From an uncultured Planctomycetaceae bacterium (GTDB lineage: Bacteria > Planctomycetota > Planctomycetia > Pirellulales > PALSA-1355): a DNA stretch of 64,000 bases. This document shows positions 11,391 to 21,777 of the stretch, in pieces. Where the stretch lies: the NCBI GenBank assembly GCA_963785305.1, contig CAWAUV010000006.1, positions 1 to 64,000 on the forward strand. The letters are read 5' to 3'. A program made the translations under genes and the position numbers. Below the pieces are notes generated by a model, which made no database searches, was not told the DNA's origin, and saw only the letters and a list, made by a program, of their open reading frames with translations. Numbering within the stretch: the stretch's first letter is position 1; every line of letters starts with the position of its first letter.

Positions 11391-12620
11391 ATGCTGGTCT
11401 GGCTGTTGCGCGCAGCGCCGAAATCCTTGAACTCACGAGCGTCGATCTCGCCGCGCTCGCCCGCTCGATCCCGCTACGAGCCTCGCTGGCCGCGGCGATC
11501 AATCTCGCGATCGGACTCGCCTTCGGCTCGCGCATGATCCAGTGGCTCGAGGGCGCTTTCGCGAGCCCTCGCATAGTCCCTCGCCCGACATTGCCCGGCT
11601 GCATGCCCGCAAACATGCGACGCCCACGCTCGGCGGACTTTTTCTCGTGGCCGGGGTGGTCTTGTCTCTCTTGCTGCTGGCCGACTGGCGAAGTGGTTAT
11701 CCGCTCCTGGCCCTGTTGACCGTGGTCGGATTCGGCACGGTGGGGCTCGCCGACGATCTTTTCAAGATTTCGGGCCAGGGGCTTTCGGCCCGCGCGAAAC
11801 TTTTCGGCCAACTCGCCGCGGCCAGCCTGGTGGCGCTTGCCGCTTACTGGCTCGAGCGACAAACATCGGACGCTTGTGTTCGCGGAGTCGCGGCCGGCTA
11901 TTACACATTCGACTTGGGCGCGGCGGTGGTTGGGACCGCAGTGCTGGTGCTGGTCGGCAGCTCGAACGCGGCCAATCTTACCGATGGACTCGATGGCCTC
12001 GCCGGCGGATGCTTGATGCTCGCGTTCGTCACGATGGGGCTGGTCGCCTATTGGGCCGGCGACCCCGATTGTGCTCGCGGCCTGGGACTCGCCGATGCGC
12101 CGGGCGCCGGGGAAATGGCGGTCGCCGCCGCGGGCGCCGCCGGCGCGCTCGCCGCGTTTTTGTGGTTCAATTGCCCGCCGGCCAAGGTATTCATGGGCGA
12201 CACCGGCGCGTATCGATGGGCGCGCTGCTTGGGCTCGTGGCGATCGTGGCGCGGCAAGAACTGCTGCTCGCGCTCGTGGGCGGGGTGCTGGTGGTCGAGA
12301 CGCTCAGCGTGGTGGCCCAAGTGGGTTCGTTTCGACTGTTCCGACGCCGGGTGCTGCTATGCGCGCCAGCGCATCATCATTTTCAACTTCGCGGCTGGAG
12401 CGAAGGCAAAATCGTCTCCCAATTCTGGATCGCCGCGACGCTCTGCGCGATGGTTGGCCTGGCGACGATTGCCCTGAACCACGGGCGAAATGAGGGCTCG
12501 CGCTGCCCCTCCTTCACGGCCCGAAGCGTTAGCGAGGGCTCCGGCATGCGCCTCCCCTTCACAACCCGAAGCGTTAGCCAGGGCGCCCCAGTGTGTGTCG
12601 CCGAGTTGTCGCCGGAATAA
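11391..12620 (+). CDS. mraY: Phospho-N-acetylmuramoyl-pentapeptide transferase (frameshifts near 11450-11550 and 12210)
   Basis: TPTLGG, GLADD, NAANLTDGLDGL, FNCPPAKVFMGDTG, APAHHHFQLRGWSEGKIV. Confidence 0.92.
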
Positions 12621-12658
12621 CGCCGCTTGCTTGCCCTCACTTACGTTTCGGGTTGTGA
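12513..12658. repeat. REP-like triplet: two direct copies and one inverted copy of a ~26-bp unit
   Basis: TCACGGCCCGAAGCGTTAGCGAGGGC (~12514), TCACAACCCGAAGCGTTAGCCAGGGC (~12559), inverted GCCCTCACTTACGTTTCGGGTTGTGA (12633-12658). Confidence 0.75.
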
Positions 12659-12703
12659 TTGGAAAATCCCTGCGCGATCAAGCCACGCATGATGCACCGC
12701 CCC

Positions 12704-13905
12704 ATGAGCCGAGCTCCGCAAATCGTGTTCGCCGGGGGCGGCACCGCCGGGCATCTTTTTTCGGGGCTCGCGGTGGCCGAGGAGATTCGCCGCCTCGAGC
12801 CGGGCGCCGGCATTTCGTTCTTCGGATCGGGACGCGAGTTCGAGCGCCGCTGTGTCATCGCGGCGGGCTTCGACTATTTGAATGCTCCCTGCCGGCCGCT
12901 GCCTCGGGGCCCGCGCCAGCGCTGCGCTTCGTGGCCGACAATGTTCGTGGATATTTCACGGCCCGTCGAATGCTCGTCGCCCTTGGGGCCGATCATGTCG
13001 TGGGCCTCGGCGGCTATGTGAGTGTTCCCGCGGCTCGCGCGGCCATTGGGCTCGGCATTCCGCTGTCGCTCATCGAACAAAACACCGTGCCCGGCCGCGC
13101 CACGCGATTTCTCGCCCCGTGCGCCGAGCGCGTTTTTCTCGGCTGGAGCGAAGCGCGGGCTCGGCTCCGTTCGCGGTGTGTCGACGTCACCGGAGTGCCG
13201 ATCCGCGCTCGCTTTCGCGAACTGAGCGAGATACGCGCCTCGCTGTCTCCGGCCAGTGCTTGCTCCGACGGGCGGCGGTCGGCGTTGAATGCCGCTCCGC
13301 GGCTATTGGTGGTTCTGGGCGGTAGCCTTGGCGCGCGGCCGCTCAACGAGCAGGCGCCGCTGGCGATCGCCGCCGCCCAGAGCGCGCTCGTCGGCTGGCG
13401 CGTGGTGCATCAGACCGGCGAGCCCCATTTGGCCACGACCGCCGAAGTCTACGATCGGCGCGGCGTCGCGGCCTGCGTCACGCCCTTTGTCGACGATATG
13501 CCGGCGCTCTTGTCCGGCGCCTCGCTCGTTGTCACCCGAGCCGGCGGCTCGACATTGGCCGAGCTCGCGGCGCTGGGGGTCCCCTCGATCGTGCTGCCGC
13601 TGCTCACATCGACCGACGATCACCAGCGGCACAATGCCCGCGCCTTTGCCGCCGCGGGGGCTGGCCTGGAAATCGAAGCGGCGAGTTTCGTCGAACCGCT
13701 GGCCGAGGCCCTTCGCGTGCTCTCCTCCGACACTGGTCCGCGCGAGTCGATGTCGCTCGCCGCCCGGTCCCTGGCCCAACCCGCCGCCGCCGAGCACATT
13801 GCCCGCGCGATACTGCAAAGCGTGCTCGCGCCGCCGCGCCCCGTCCGATCTGTTTGCAAAGGGTCACGGGCCAATGAACCGGGATTGCTTCGCCGGTTTC
13901 CGTAA
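12704..13905 (+). CDS. murG: Lipid II GlcNAc transferase (frameshift near 12915)
   Basis: FAGGGTAGH, GLGGYVSVP, EQNTVPG, GGSLGA, RAGGSTLAEL, DHQRHNA. Confidence 0.93.
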
Positions 13906-13956
13906 GAGTTTCGTCGCGTGATAGTCGACCGTCGGACCGATTCGCGGGAACTCGGG

Positions 13957-13985
13957 TTGTAGACCGTGGCGGAGGGCTATAAAAT
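13957..13985 (+). promoter_or_regulatory. Candidate sigma70-type promoter for dxr-rseP
   Basis: TTGTAG-17 bp-TAAAAT in the murG-dxr spacer. Confidence 0.4.
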
Positions 13986-14169
13986 GCATCGCGACGGATC
14001 GCAACTCTTTTAGTTCTAAGCGGATGCAATGAACGCCTCGGGGCGGAGTCGGGCGAAGTTTTGACGCCGGTTGGCGGCCTTTCGGCGCGGCGCCCGCGCG
14101 CATCCGCCTCAAGACCGCTTTTCGGTTTTGCTCGCCGCTCGCCTTCGTCGCTCACGGACTCCCGATCGC

Positions 14170-15381
14170 ATGACGACCCTCCGCCCCACGAATGTCGCGA
14201 TTCTCGGCGCCACCGGCACAATCGGTCGCAATGCCTTGGAAGTGATCGCCGGCAGCGGGGGGCGGCTAAGAGTCGCGGGACTGGCGGCCAATCGGCGCTG
14301 TGGAATGCTGGTCGAGCAGGCCGCCGGGCTAGCGGGCCTCAAAATCGGCGCGGGCCCGACCGAAGGCGCCGGCTCGCCTTTTTGGCTCGTCGTGGCCGAT
14401 CCGGCGGCCGCGGCCGGTCACGACTGGTCTTCTCTGCCGGCTAACGTACAGTTAACCGTGGGGCCTGAGTCGCTCGATGCGCTCGTCCGCCGCCCGGAGG
14501 TCGATGTGGTGGTCGCCGCCATTGTCGGCAGCGCGGGCTTGGCGAGCACCTGCGCGGCGCTCGAGGCCGGCAAACGGGTGGCGTTGGCCAATAAAGAAAC
14601 GCTTGTCATGGCCGGCCCGCTGGTGATGCGCATGGCCAGCGCCGAGCAGGGTTCGATCGTGCCGGTCGATAGCGAGCATAGCGCGATCTTCCAGGCGCTA
14701 GCGGCCGGAAGTCCGCGGGAAGTCGAACGCGTGATTCTCACCGCTAGCGGAGGACCCTTTCGCCGACATTCGGCCAAGCAGTTGGCGTCGGTCACGGTTG
14801 CCGACGCGCTGCGACATCCGACCTGGAACATGGGTCCCAAGATCACGATCGACTCGGCGACCATGATGAACAAGGCGCTCGAGATCATTGAAGCGCGGTG
14901 GCTGTTTGGCCTGAGGCCAGAGCAGATTGCGGTGGTGATTCATCCTCAGTCGATCGTGCATTCGATGGTCGAGTTCGTCGATGGCTCGGTGGTGGCCCAA
15001 TTGAGTCCGCCCGACATGAAATTGCCGATTCAATACGCGCTCGACTATCCGGCCCGGAAGCCGGGAGTGGCGGCGCGCATGGACTGGACCCGTTCGTATG
15101 CCCTGGAGTTCGAGCCGCCCGACTTGGAGCGTTTTCCGGCCCTGGGCCTGGGCATGGAAGTGGCCGCGGTCGGCGGCACGGCGGGCGCGGTGGTCAACGC
15201 GGCCAATGAGCGCGCCGTGGCGGGTTTTTTGGCCGGGGAATTGCGTTTTATCGATATTGTCCCGGCCTGTCGCCGGGTTTTGGAAAATCATGATTTCGAG
15301 CCCAACCCGTCGCTCGCTCGGCTGATCGAGTTCGACGCTTGGGCTCGACGGGAGGTTGTGCGGTGGGCATGTGCTTCGTAA
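14170..15381 (+). CDS. dxr: 1-deoxy-D-xylulose-5-phosphate reductoisomerase
   Basis: ILGATGTIG, LANKETLV, PVDSEHSAIFQ, LTASGGPF, HPTWNMGPKITIDSATMMNK, NAANE. Confidence 0.97.
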   Translation: MTTLRPTNVAILGATGTIGRNALEVIAGSGGRLRVAGLAANRRCGMLVEQAAGLAGLKIGAGPTEGAGSPFWLVVADPAAAAGHDWSSLPANVQLTVGPESLDALVRRPEVDVVVAAIVGSAGLASTCAALEAGKRVALANKETLVMAGPLVMRMASAEQGSIVPVDSEHSAIFQALAAGSPREVERVILTASGGPFRRHSAKQLASVTVADALRHPTWNMGPKITIDSATMMNKALEIIEARWLFGLRPEQIAVVIHPQSIVHSMVEFVDGSVVAQLSPPDMKLPIQYALDYPARKPGVAARMDWTRSYALEFEPPDLERFPALGLGMEVAAVGGTAGAVVNAANERAVAGFLAGELRFIDIVPACRRVLENHDFEPNPSLARLIEFDAWARREVVRWACAS

Positions 15382-17552
15382 TCGGGTTGGCCGCGATCTC
15401 GCTCTCTGAAATGCTCAAGACGCTCGGCGATTGGACGGTCACCGCCCTCTGGGTCGCCGGCGGGCTTGGTTTCGTGGTGTTCGTGCATGAGCTCGGACAC
15501 TTTCTCGTCGCCAAGGCATGTGGCGTGAAATGCGAGAAGTTCTATCTCGGCTTCGATATCGGCGGCTGGAAGCTCGCCAAGTTCCAGTGGGGCGAAACCG
15601 AATACGGCATCGGAGCGCTGCCGCTGGGCGGTTATGTGAAAATGCTCGGCCAAGACGACAACCCGGCCCGCGCCGCCGAGGAACGCGAGCGCTCGAAAGC
15701 GACGCAAGCCGAAGGCGCCGGCGGCCATGCCCTGCTCCCGACGGAAAGCGCCGCCGCGGCCGAATCCGAAGCGCCGCAACCGCTCGACCCGCGCAGCTAC
15801 ATGGCCAAGAGCGTGCCGCAGCGCATGGCGATCATCTCGGCCGGCGTGATCATGAATCTGATCTTCGCCGTGCTCATGGCCACCGTGGCATATAAGCTGG
15901 GTGTGAAGGAAGTGACCTGCGGCGCGTCGAAGGTGCTGGCCGGCGAACCGGCTTGGAAAGCCGATATCGAGCCCGGCGACCGTTTCATTGCCCTGGGCCA
16001 CGACCCGAACCCGCGCGAGCTGCGCTACACCGACCTGAATGGCGTGGTGATGTTCGCCAACGCCGAGACCGGCGTCGATATCGAGGTGGTGCGCGATGGC
16101 GTCAAAGACCCGTTTTGGGTCAATGTGAAGCCCGACCGAAAGGGCAAGCGGCTGGCGCCCATGATCGGAGTGCTGTCGCCCAGTTCGCTGGAGCTCATCA
16201 GCGAGGAGCCGGCGCGGCCGGGGAGCGTCGCCGACGAGACCGCCAAATTTCGAGGCGGCGACACGATTCTTGCCGTCGACGACACGCCCGTGAGCGACTA
16301 TCGCGCGTTCAGCGAAATTCTTGCCCGGAAACCGAACGACACGCTCCGAATCACGGTGCGGCACAAATCCGAAAAAGAGTCCGTGCAAAAAGGCTCCGGC
16401 GAGCAACGGAGCGACACCCTCGGGCCTGAAGAAGTGATTTTGGTGCCACCCCAGCCGTGCTTGATGCTGGGGCTCGAGATGTACATGGGCGCGGTCGTGG
16501 CGGTGCAAGATAATTCGCCGGCGTCGAAAGCGGGAATTCAGCCGGGCGATTTCTTCGTGCAGATCGGCGACGAAAGCCCCGGCGATCCGCAAACACTGGC
16601 CGAGCGGCTCCGTCGCAAGGCCGGCAAGACGATCAGCCTCAAGATCCAGCGCGATCGCTCGGGAGACAAAAGCGGCGTTGTCGATAAGTCCGTCACCCTC
16701 CGCGACCCGAAATGGTACGAAATCGCCTTCGAGGGCGCGCCGCTCTCGGCGCCGGCGCTGGGTGTCGCCTTTCAGGAAATCAACCGCGTGCATGCGATCG
16801 AAGCCGGCGGCCCCGCGGCCGGCGCGACGATCGAAGTCGATGGCAAACCGGCCACGCCCGAGCATTTCGTGCCTGGCGACGAGGTGGTTTCGGCCCGACT
16901 GATTCTTCCGCCCGACAAGGCCGCGCTGGCCGAGTACAAGAGTTTTCAGGATCCGTTCGAGTTTGGCGCCGACAAACCGAATTGGCCGTTTTTCATGTCG
17001 GTTTTGCAAGTGGCGCCGGCCGGAACGAAAGTTCTGCTGACGCTCTCGGGCAAGCGCGACGCTGAAATCACGCCCGAGGCGAGCACGAAATGGTTCAACC
17101 CCGATCGCGGGCTCCGTTTTATGCCCGAACGCCGCGAATTTCAGGCTCAGTCGTGGGGCGAAGCATTTGAGTGGGGCGCTCGCGAAACGAAAAAATCGAC
17201 GCTCATGGTCGTGTCGTTCTTGCGGGCAGTGAGCGGCGGTCAAATTTCGGTCAAGGGCCTCAGCGGGCCGGTGGGCGTGGCCGAGCAAGCTGCTTATGCC
17301 GCGAAAGAAGGCTTCGCCCGCTTCCTGCTCTTCTTGACGATGCTCAGCGCGAATCTGGCGGTGATCAATTTCCTCCCGATTCCGGTGCTCGATGGCGGAC
17401 ACATGGTGTTTCTCGCGCTCGAGGGCATCTTGCGGCGGCCGGTGAGCGAACGGGTCGTCGTGGCGTTTAGCTATCTCGGCCTGATGTTCATTCTGAGCCT
17501 GATGCTCTTCGTGCTGGCGCTCGATGTCGGATTGATCTCGCGCTTTTCTTGA
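15369..17552 (+). CDS. rseP: RIP (M50) zinc metalloprotease with multiple PDZ domains
   Basis: HELGH, PLGGYVKM, NFLPIPVLDGGH; conserved position after dxr. Confidence 0.92.
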   Translation: MCFVIGLAAISLSEMLKTLGDWTVTALWVAGGLGFVVFVHELGHFLVAKACGVKCEKFYLGFDIGGWKLAKFQWGETEYGIGALPLGGYVKMLGQDDNPARAAEERERSKATQAEGAGGHALLPTESAAAAESEAPQPLDPRSYMAKSVPQRMAIISAGVIMNLIFAVLMATVAYKLGVKEVTCGASKVLAGEPAWKADIEPGDRFIALGHDPNPRELRYTDLNGVVMFANAETGVDIEVVRDGVKDPFWVNVKPDRKGKRLAPMIGVLSPSSLELISEEPARPGSVADETAKFRGGDTILAVDDTPVSDYRAFSEILARKPNDTLRITVRHKSEKESVQKGSGEQRSDTLGPEEVILVPPQPCLMLGLEMYMGAVVAVQDNSPASKAGIQPGDFFVQIGDESPGDPQTLAERLRRKAGKTISLKIQRDRSGDKSGVVDKSVTLRDPKWYEIAFEGAPLSAPALGVAFQEINRVHAIEAGGPAAGATIEVDGKPATPEHFVPGDEVVSARLILPPDKAALAEYKSFQDPFEFGADKPNWPFFMSVLQVAPAGTKVLLTLSGKRDAEITPEASTKWFNPDRGLRFMPERREFQAQSWGEAFEWGARETKKSTLMVVSFLRAVSGGQISVKGLSGPVGVAEQAAYAAKEGFARFLLFLTMLSANLAVINFLPIPVLDGGHMVFLALEGILRRPVSERVVVAFSYLGLMFILSLMLFVLALDVGLISRFS

Positions 17553-17659
17553 GCCCCGCATCGCCACGTTCTCACATTAGAGGAGTTGGCGATCGATAAG
17601 GGGCATGTGCGGTCGAGATTCGAGTGCATTGTCACGGCTGAACCGATAGGTAACCCCGT

Positions 17660-18132
17660 GTGAAGCCATGAGAGGAGGCCGCGCCGCGCGGGGGCCTTGG
17701 AAACGTGGTAAACCTAAGGGGAGTTGCGACATCCCTTGTGTTTCCACAAAAAGGAGCTTCCCATGAATTACGTCGGCGTGGACTCCACAAACAGGTTATC
17801 GTTTGGCGGGCGGTAGCGAAAGCGGGCGACAAGCGAGGCGGGATCGGGGGCCATTTGGCCTGTGGGGACACGGCGAAGATCCGCGACACGTTTGCCAAGC
17901 TGGCGCCGTTTGCGACCGCGGACGACTCCGACGGCATGGCTACGGGCGACTGACTGGGCCGACCCGAGTTCTTGTGAATGGAGCGTCCGTCGAATTCCTT
18001 CCCGGGACGACCCCAAGCGGGCCGATCTCGAATAGATGCCTGAGCGCAAACCTGCGACTCGCGGAACTTACCGTCGCCACCCCCAACCACATTCCAAGAA
18101 CCCCACTTGACGGAACCCCATTCATAGATGCC
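17660..18132 (+). mobile_element. Internally deleted IS110-family (IS1111-type) element
   Basis: Transposase start MNYVGVD-LHKQVIV at 17763 ending at TGA 17953; imperfect subterminal IRs ATGAGAGG (17668) / CCATTCAT (18118); TTGAC at 18107; ~170-nt downstream non-coding region. Confidence 0.7.
17763..17953 (+). pseudogene. IS110 transposase remnant (first ~50 codons plus a short tail)
   Basis: YVGVDLHK is the first catalytic-Asp motif of the DEDD RuvC-like domain; the rest of the protein is missing. Confidence 0.7.
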
Positions 18133-18209
18133 ATGCCCACCGCCCCGCGTGGGCATGAGGACTCCGCGTGGCGCTCGAAAACATGCCCACGCTGGGCAAT
18201 GGGCATGGC
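18130..18209. repeat. REP-like palindrome doublet
   Basis: CATGCCCAC-loop-GTGGGCATG and CATGCCCA-loop-TGGGCATGGC. Confidence 0.6.
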
Positions 18210-18470
18210 TTTCGGCATCGCCGGCTTGCCCGGCGACTCGCGGGAAGTTCCATTGCTGCTGGCGCCTGCTAGCAGTTTCCGTTTCCTCTTGCCGCTCGGC
18301 GACCGATTGCGGTATATCTCACTGCGGATGCAAACGTCGTCTCCCCCTCCGGGCAACCGCCGCGCGCTGGCGTTTCGGCGCCCGCCGCTTGGCCGGCAAG
18401 CCGGGGCGAATTGTTCGCATTTGTAATCGCCCCCTTTTGCCCGCGCTATCGAAACAAGGACGTTTCGCCT

Positions 18471-19394
18471 ATGGCTCGCGCCGTGATCGTCGTGCCCTGC
18501 TACAACGAAGAGCATCGCCTCGACGTCGACTGCTACGAACGCTTTGTCCGCGAGTCCGACGATATCGAGATTCTGTTCGTCAATGACGGAAGCCGCGACA
18601 ACACGCTCGCGGTGCTCGAGCGGCTCGCCGGCCGGCAGCCGCGGCGCGTGGGCGTTTTGAATCTCGAGCGCAATGGCGGCAAGGCCGAAGCGGTCCGCCT
18701 CGGACTGCTCGCGGCGATCGCTCGGCGTCCGCGCTATGTCGGCTTTTGGGATGCCGACCTCGCCACGCCGCTCGACGACATTCCCCGGTTTTGCGAGGTG
18801 TTCGAGCGCCGGCCGGAAACGCGGCTCGTGATCGGAAGTCGCTTGCCGCTTTTGGGCCACGCGATCGAACGCCGCCGGGCGCGGGCCCTGGCAGGGCGCC
18901 TGTTTTCGCTTGCCGCTTCCGCCGCCCTTGGAGTCCGCATTCGCGACACGCAGTGCGGCGCCAAGCTGCTGCGGGCCACGCCTTGTCTGGCCGATCTGTT
19001 CGCCGATCCATTTGTCAGCCGCTGGATTTTCGACGTCGAGATTCTGGCCCGGCTCACCCGCTACCGCCGCGACAACCGAGGCGGGCGACTGGATCGACTC
19101 GTCTACGAATATGCCCTCGACCGATGGCGCGATGTGCAAGGCTCGAAGGTGCTGGCCGGCGACTTTTCCAAAGCAGCGATGGACTTGGCCACGATCTATT
19201 GGATTTATCTGCGGCCCGGGGCCGGTTGGCGCCCCTCGACCCACGCGGCGCCGGCGCCGCGGCCAATTGTTCTCCATCCGGCCCACGAACCTTTGGCGGG
19301 CGATCATCGGGCGATCGAACTCCCGGCGCCTTTGGCCACGGCGTCCGAAGAGCCCAAGCGATTGCCCGATGAAGGCGATCGGAGAGCCGCTTAA
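18471..19394 (+). CDS. GT2 glycosyltransferase (polyprenyl-phosphate sugar synthase-like)
   Basis: VVPCYNEE, FVNDGSRD, NGGKAEAVR, FWDADLATP, DTQCGAKL, WIFDVE. Confidence 0.88.
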   Translation: MARAVIVVPCYNEEHRLDVDCYERFVRESDDIEILFVNDGSRDNTLAVLERLAGRQPRRVGVLNLERNGGKAEAVRLGLLAAIARRPRYVGFWDADLATPLDDIPRFCEVFERRPETRLVIGSRLPLLGHAIERRRARALAGRLFSLAASAALGVRIRDTQCGAKLLRATPCLADLFADPFVSRWIFDVEILARLTRYRRDNRGGRLDRLVYEYALDRWRDVQGSKVLAGDFSKAAMDLATIYWIYLRPGAGWRPSTHAAPAPRPIVLHPAHEPLAGDHRAIELPAPLATASEEPKRLPDEGDRRAA

Positions 19395-19608
19395 GGAACG
19401 GCGCTCGCTGGCGCCACCGAGCCTCCGTCGAGCGGGCGAGATCATTTTCGCCCGCTCTCTTGTTTCGCGCCGCGAATTCGGCGATAACGAATTCGGCGAT
19501 AACGACTTCAAAGAGCGCGGCCGACGGGGCGCCGCAGCAAGCGATGGCCCCAGGTTTTTCGCCCGTCGAGTCGCGACTCCTCCGTGGTGTTCGACCATCT
19601 GGTGCTTC

Positions 19609-20552
19609 ATGATGCGCGCCGTCGATCCTTCGCGCGGCCCGTGCCTGGCGATCGCGAGCGGTTTCACGCTCGTCGCGGGCATTGGCGTTTTTTCGCTCGG
19701 CGGCGCCCGGGTCGCCCGAGCGCAACATCATGGGCAAGTGGCGGTCGGCGCCGGACTTCAACATTCAAACGACGCATTCTTCGAGCAAGTGGGCGTCGGT
19801 TTCAATGCCCACGGACAGAACTGGTTCTTTCAAGAGAATCCGTTCGGCGGCGGGCCGCCAGCTCAGTTCGGCGGCGCCTCGCCCGGCGCGGAGCGCATAC
19901 CGGCTTCGGCTTTCAGTTTCCGGGCGGCGGGGCGAATTTCGATATCGCCGCGGGCCAAGGATTCTCCGGCGGCCTAAGCAGCACGGCGGCGAGCGTGACA
20001 GTTCCCAATGGCAGCTCGGGCGGCTTCTTCGCCGGGTCGCAAACGCCGTTCGTCATGGGCGTCGTGCCGATCGTCGGGCAGCCGCCGGGCTTGAACGCCG
20101 GTCCGCCGGCCGCGGCCTGGAGCGGCGATCCGGTCGCCGAGCGCGTGAGCCGACATCGCGAGGCGGGCGCTCTTTCGACCGGAGTGCGCCCCGGCTCGCC
20201 GGCCGAAAAGGCGTTGTGCGCAGCCCGCGGCGATCCACCGAACAGCGAATCCACGATCGCGAGCGTATCCGCAACTTCGGCAGGCGGGGCATCGGCAAGC
20301 GCGGCGCCGGCTAGCGTGGCGGAGATCAAGGCCGAGCGAGCGGCGGCGGCCGAAGCCGCGCGCGTGGCCCAAGAGCGCGAAGCGCGGTCGCTGGTCGCCA
20401 AGGCCCGCGAGGCCGAGGCGGCCGGCAAGCCGGCTGTCGCGCGCATCTATTACCAGCAAGCCGCGCGACGGGCCAGCGGCGAGCTGAAAGACACATGCCT
20501 CGCCCGCGCCGCGGCGCTCGGTCCGGCGAAAACATCGGGGCGTTCACGCTAG
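19609..20552 (+). CDS. Exported hypothetical protein (frameshift near 19890)
   Basis: Signal-like N-terminus, Gly/Phe-rich middle, helical Ala-rich C-terminus; coding-like codon usage. Confidence 0.55.
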
Positions 20553-20577
20553 CGGCGGCCCGAGACGTATCGGCGCA

Positions 20578-20934
20578 TCAGTCGTCGTGCTTGCGTTCAC
20601 GCAAACGCACGGCCTTGCCGATGCGGTCGCGCAGATAATAAAGCTTCGCCCGGCGCACGATGCCGCTGCGCTTGACGTCGATCTTGGCGATCTTGGGCGA
20701 GTGCAGCGGAAACTTCCGCTCGACGCCTTCGCCCGCCACGATCCGCCGCACCACGAACGTCTCGCGGCTGCCCGAACCGGCCCGGGCGATCACCACGCCG
20801 TTGAAAATCTGAATCCGCTCTTTCTCGCCTTCGAGAATGCGGGTGTGAACATCCACCGTGTCGCCGATGGCGAAGTTGGGAATGTCGGTCTTGAGGCTGC
20901 TTTTTTCGACCAATTGCAGCAGTTGTTCACTCAT
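20578..20934 (-). CDS. rplS: 50S ribosomal protein L19
   Basis: [42 protein letters not shown]. Confidence 0.98.
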   Translation of the reverse strand: MSEQLLQLVEKSSLKTDIPNFAIGDTVDVHTRILEGEKERIQIFNGVVIARAGSGSRETFVVRRIVAGEGVERKFPLHSPKIAKIDVKRSGIVRRAKLYYLRDRIGKAVRLRERKHDD

Positions 20935-21010
20935 GGGAAACGTCCTTTCTGAGACCCTCGTTCGAATGCACTCTGTGGTTCGGGAAAATTGAGTTCGCTC
21001 GTCCCCGGTT

Positions 21011-21709
21011 TCAAGTCCCGGCCGGGCCAGCGAGCAGGTCGGCGCGTCGCTCGCGCGTGCGGCGCAAGCTCTGTTCGCGCCGCCAAGCCGCGATCCGCTC
21101 GTGATCGCCGCTGAGCAACACTTCGGGAGCGCTCAGCCCGCGATACTCGCGCGGACGCGTGTATTGTTCATATTCTAAAATCCGCTCGTCGCCCGAAAAC
21201 GAATCTTGCTTCGCGCTCTCTTCGTGCCCCAGCACTCCGGGAACGAGTCGAGCCACCGCATCGATCACCACCATTGCCGCCGTTTCACCGCCGCCGAGAA
21301 TATAGTCGCCGATCGAAATTTCGTCGGGCGCCAAAATTTGCCGCACGCGGTCGTCGAACCCTTCATATCGCCCGCAAAGCAACAGCAAGCGCTGCTCGCC
21401 AGCCAGTTCCTCGACCACTCGCTGATCCAGTTGGCGCCCATGCGGAGTGAGCATTACAAGCCGGCCGGGCGAATCGCCCTCGGCCCGCACCGCCTCGACG
21501 CAATCGACCACCGGCTCGACCTTGAGGATCATTCCCGGGCCACCGCCAAACGGACGATCGTCGACCGAGCGATGCTTGTCCTTCGACCAATTTCGAATGT
21601 CGTGCAATCGCGCGTCGATCAATCCCCGCTCGATCGCCAGACGCAAAATGCTCTGGCCGAGGTAGCCCGAAAAAATATCGGGAAACAGGGTGAGGACATC
21701 GAAACGCAT
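21011..21709 (-). CDS. trmD: tRNA (guanine37-N1)-methyltransferase
   Basis: [46 protein letters not shown]. Confidence 0.97.
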   Translation of the reverse strand: MRFDVLTLFPDIFSGYLGQSILRLAIERGLIDARLHDIRNWSKDKHRSVDDRPFGGGPGMILKVEPVVDCVEAVRAEGDSPGRLVMLTPHGRQLDQRVVEELAGEQRLLLLCGRYEGFDDRVRQILAPDEISIGDYILGGGETAAMVVIDAVARLVPGVLGHEESAKQDSFSGDERILEYEQYTRPREYRGLSAPEVLLSGDHERIAAWRREQSLRRTRERRADLLAGPAGT

Positions 21710-21777
21710 AACACACGCGTAAGGTTCAAGGAGTTTTTCCAGCGGTTCGTCGCGGGGATCGAGGTTCGGGGTTGGGC

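Noticed and set aside
12513..12658. Repeats as a mini CRISPR array
   Set aside because: Only three imperfect units, one inverted, with irregular spacing and no cas genes; REP-like instead.
15288..17567. Long antisense ORFs (759 aa opposite rseP; also opposite ffh, cheBR, moxR and the sulfatase)
   Set aside because: Shadow ORFs caused by high GC and codon bias; the opposite strand carries the recognisable protein.
19472..19508. 15-bp tandem repeat CGAATTCGGCGATAA (about 2.4 copies)
   Set aside because: Short isolated slippage duplication with no supporting context.
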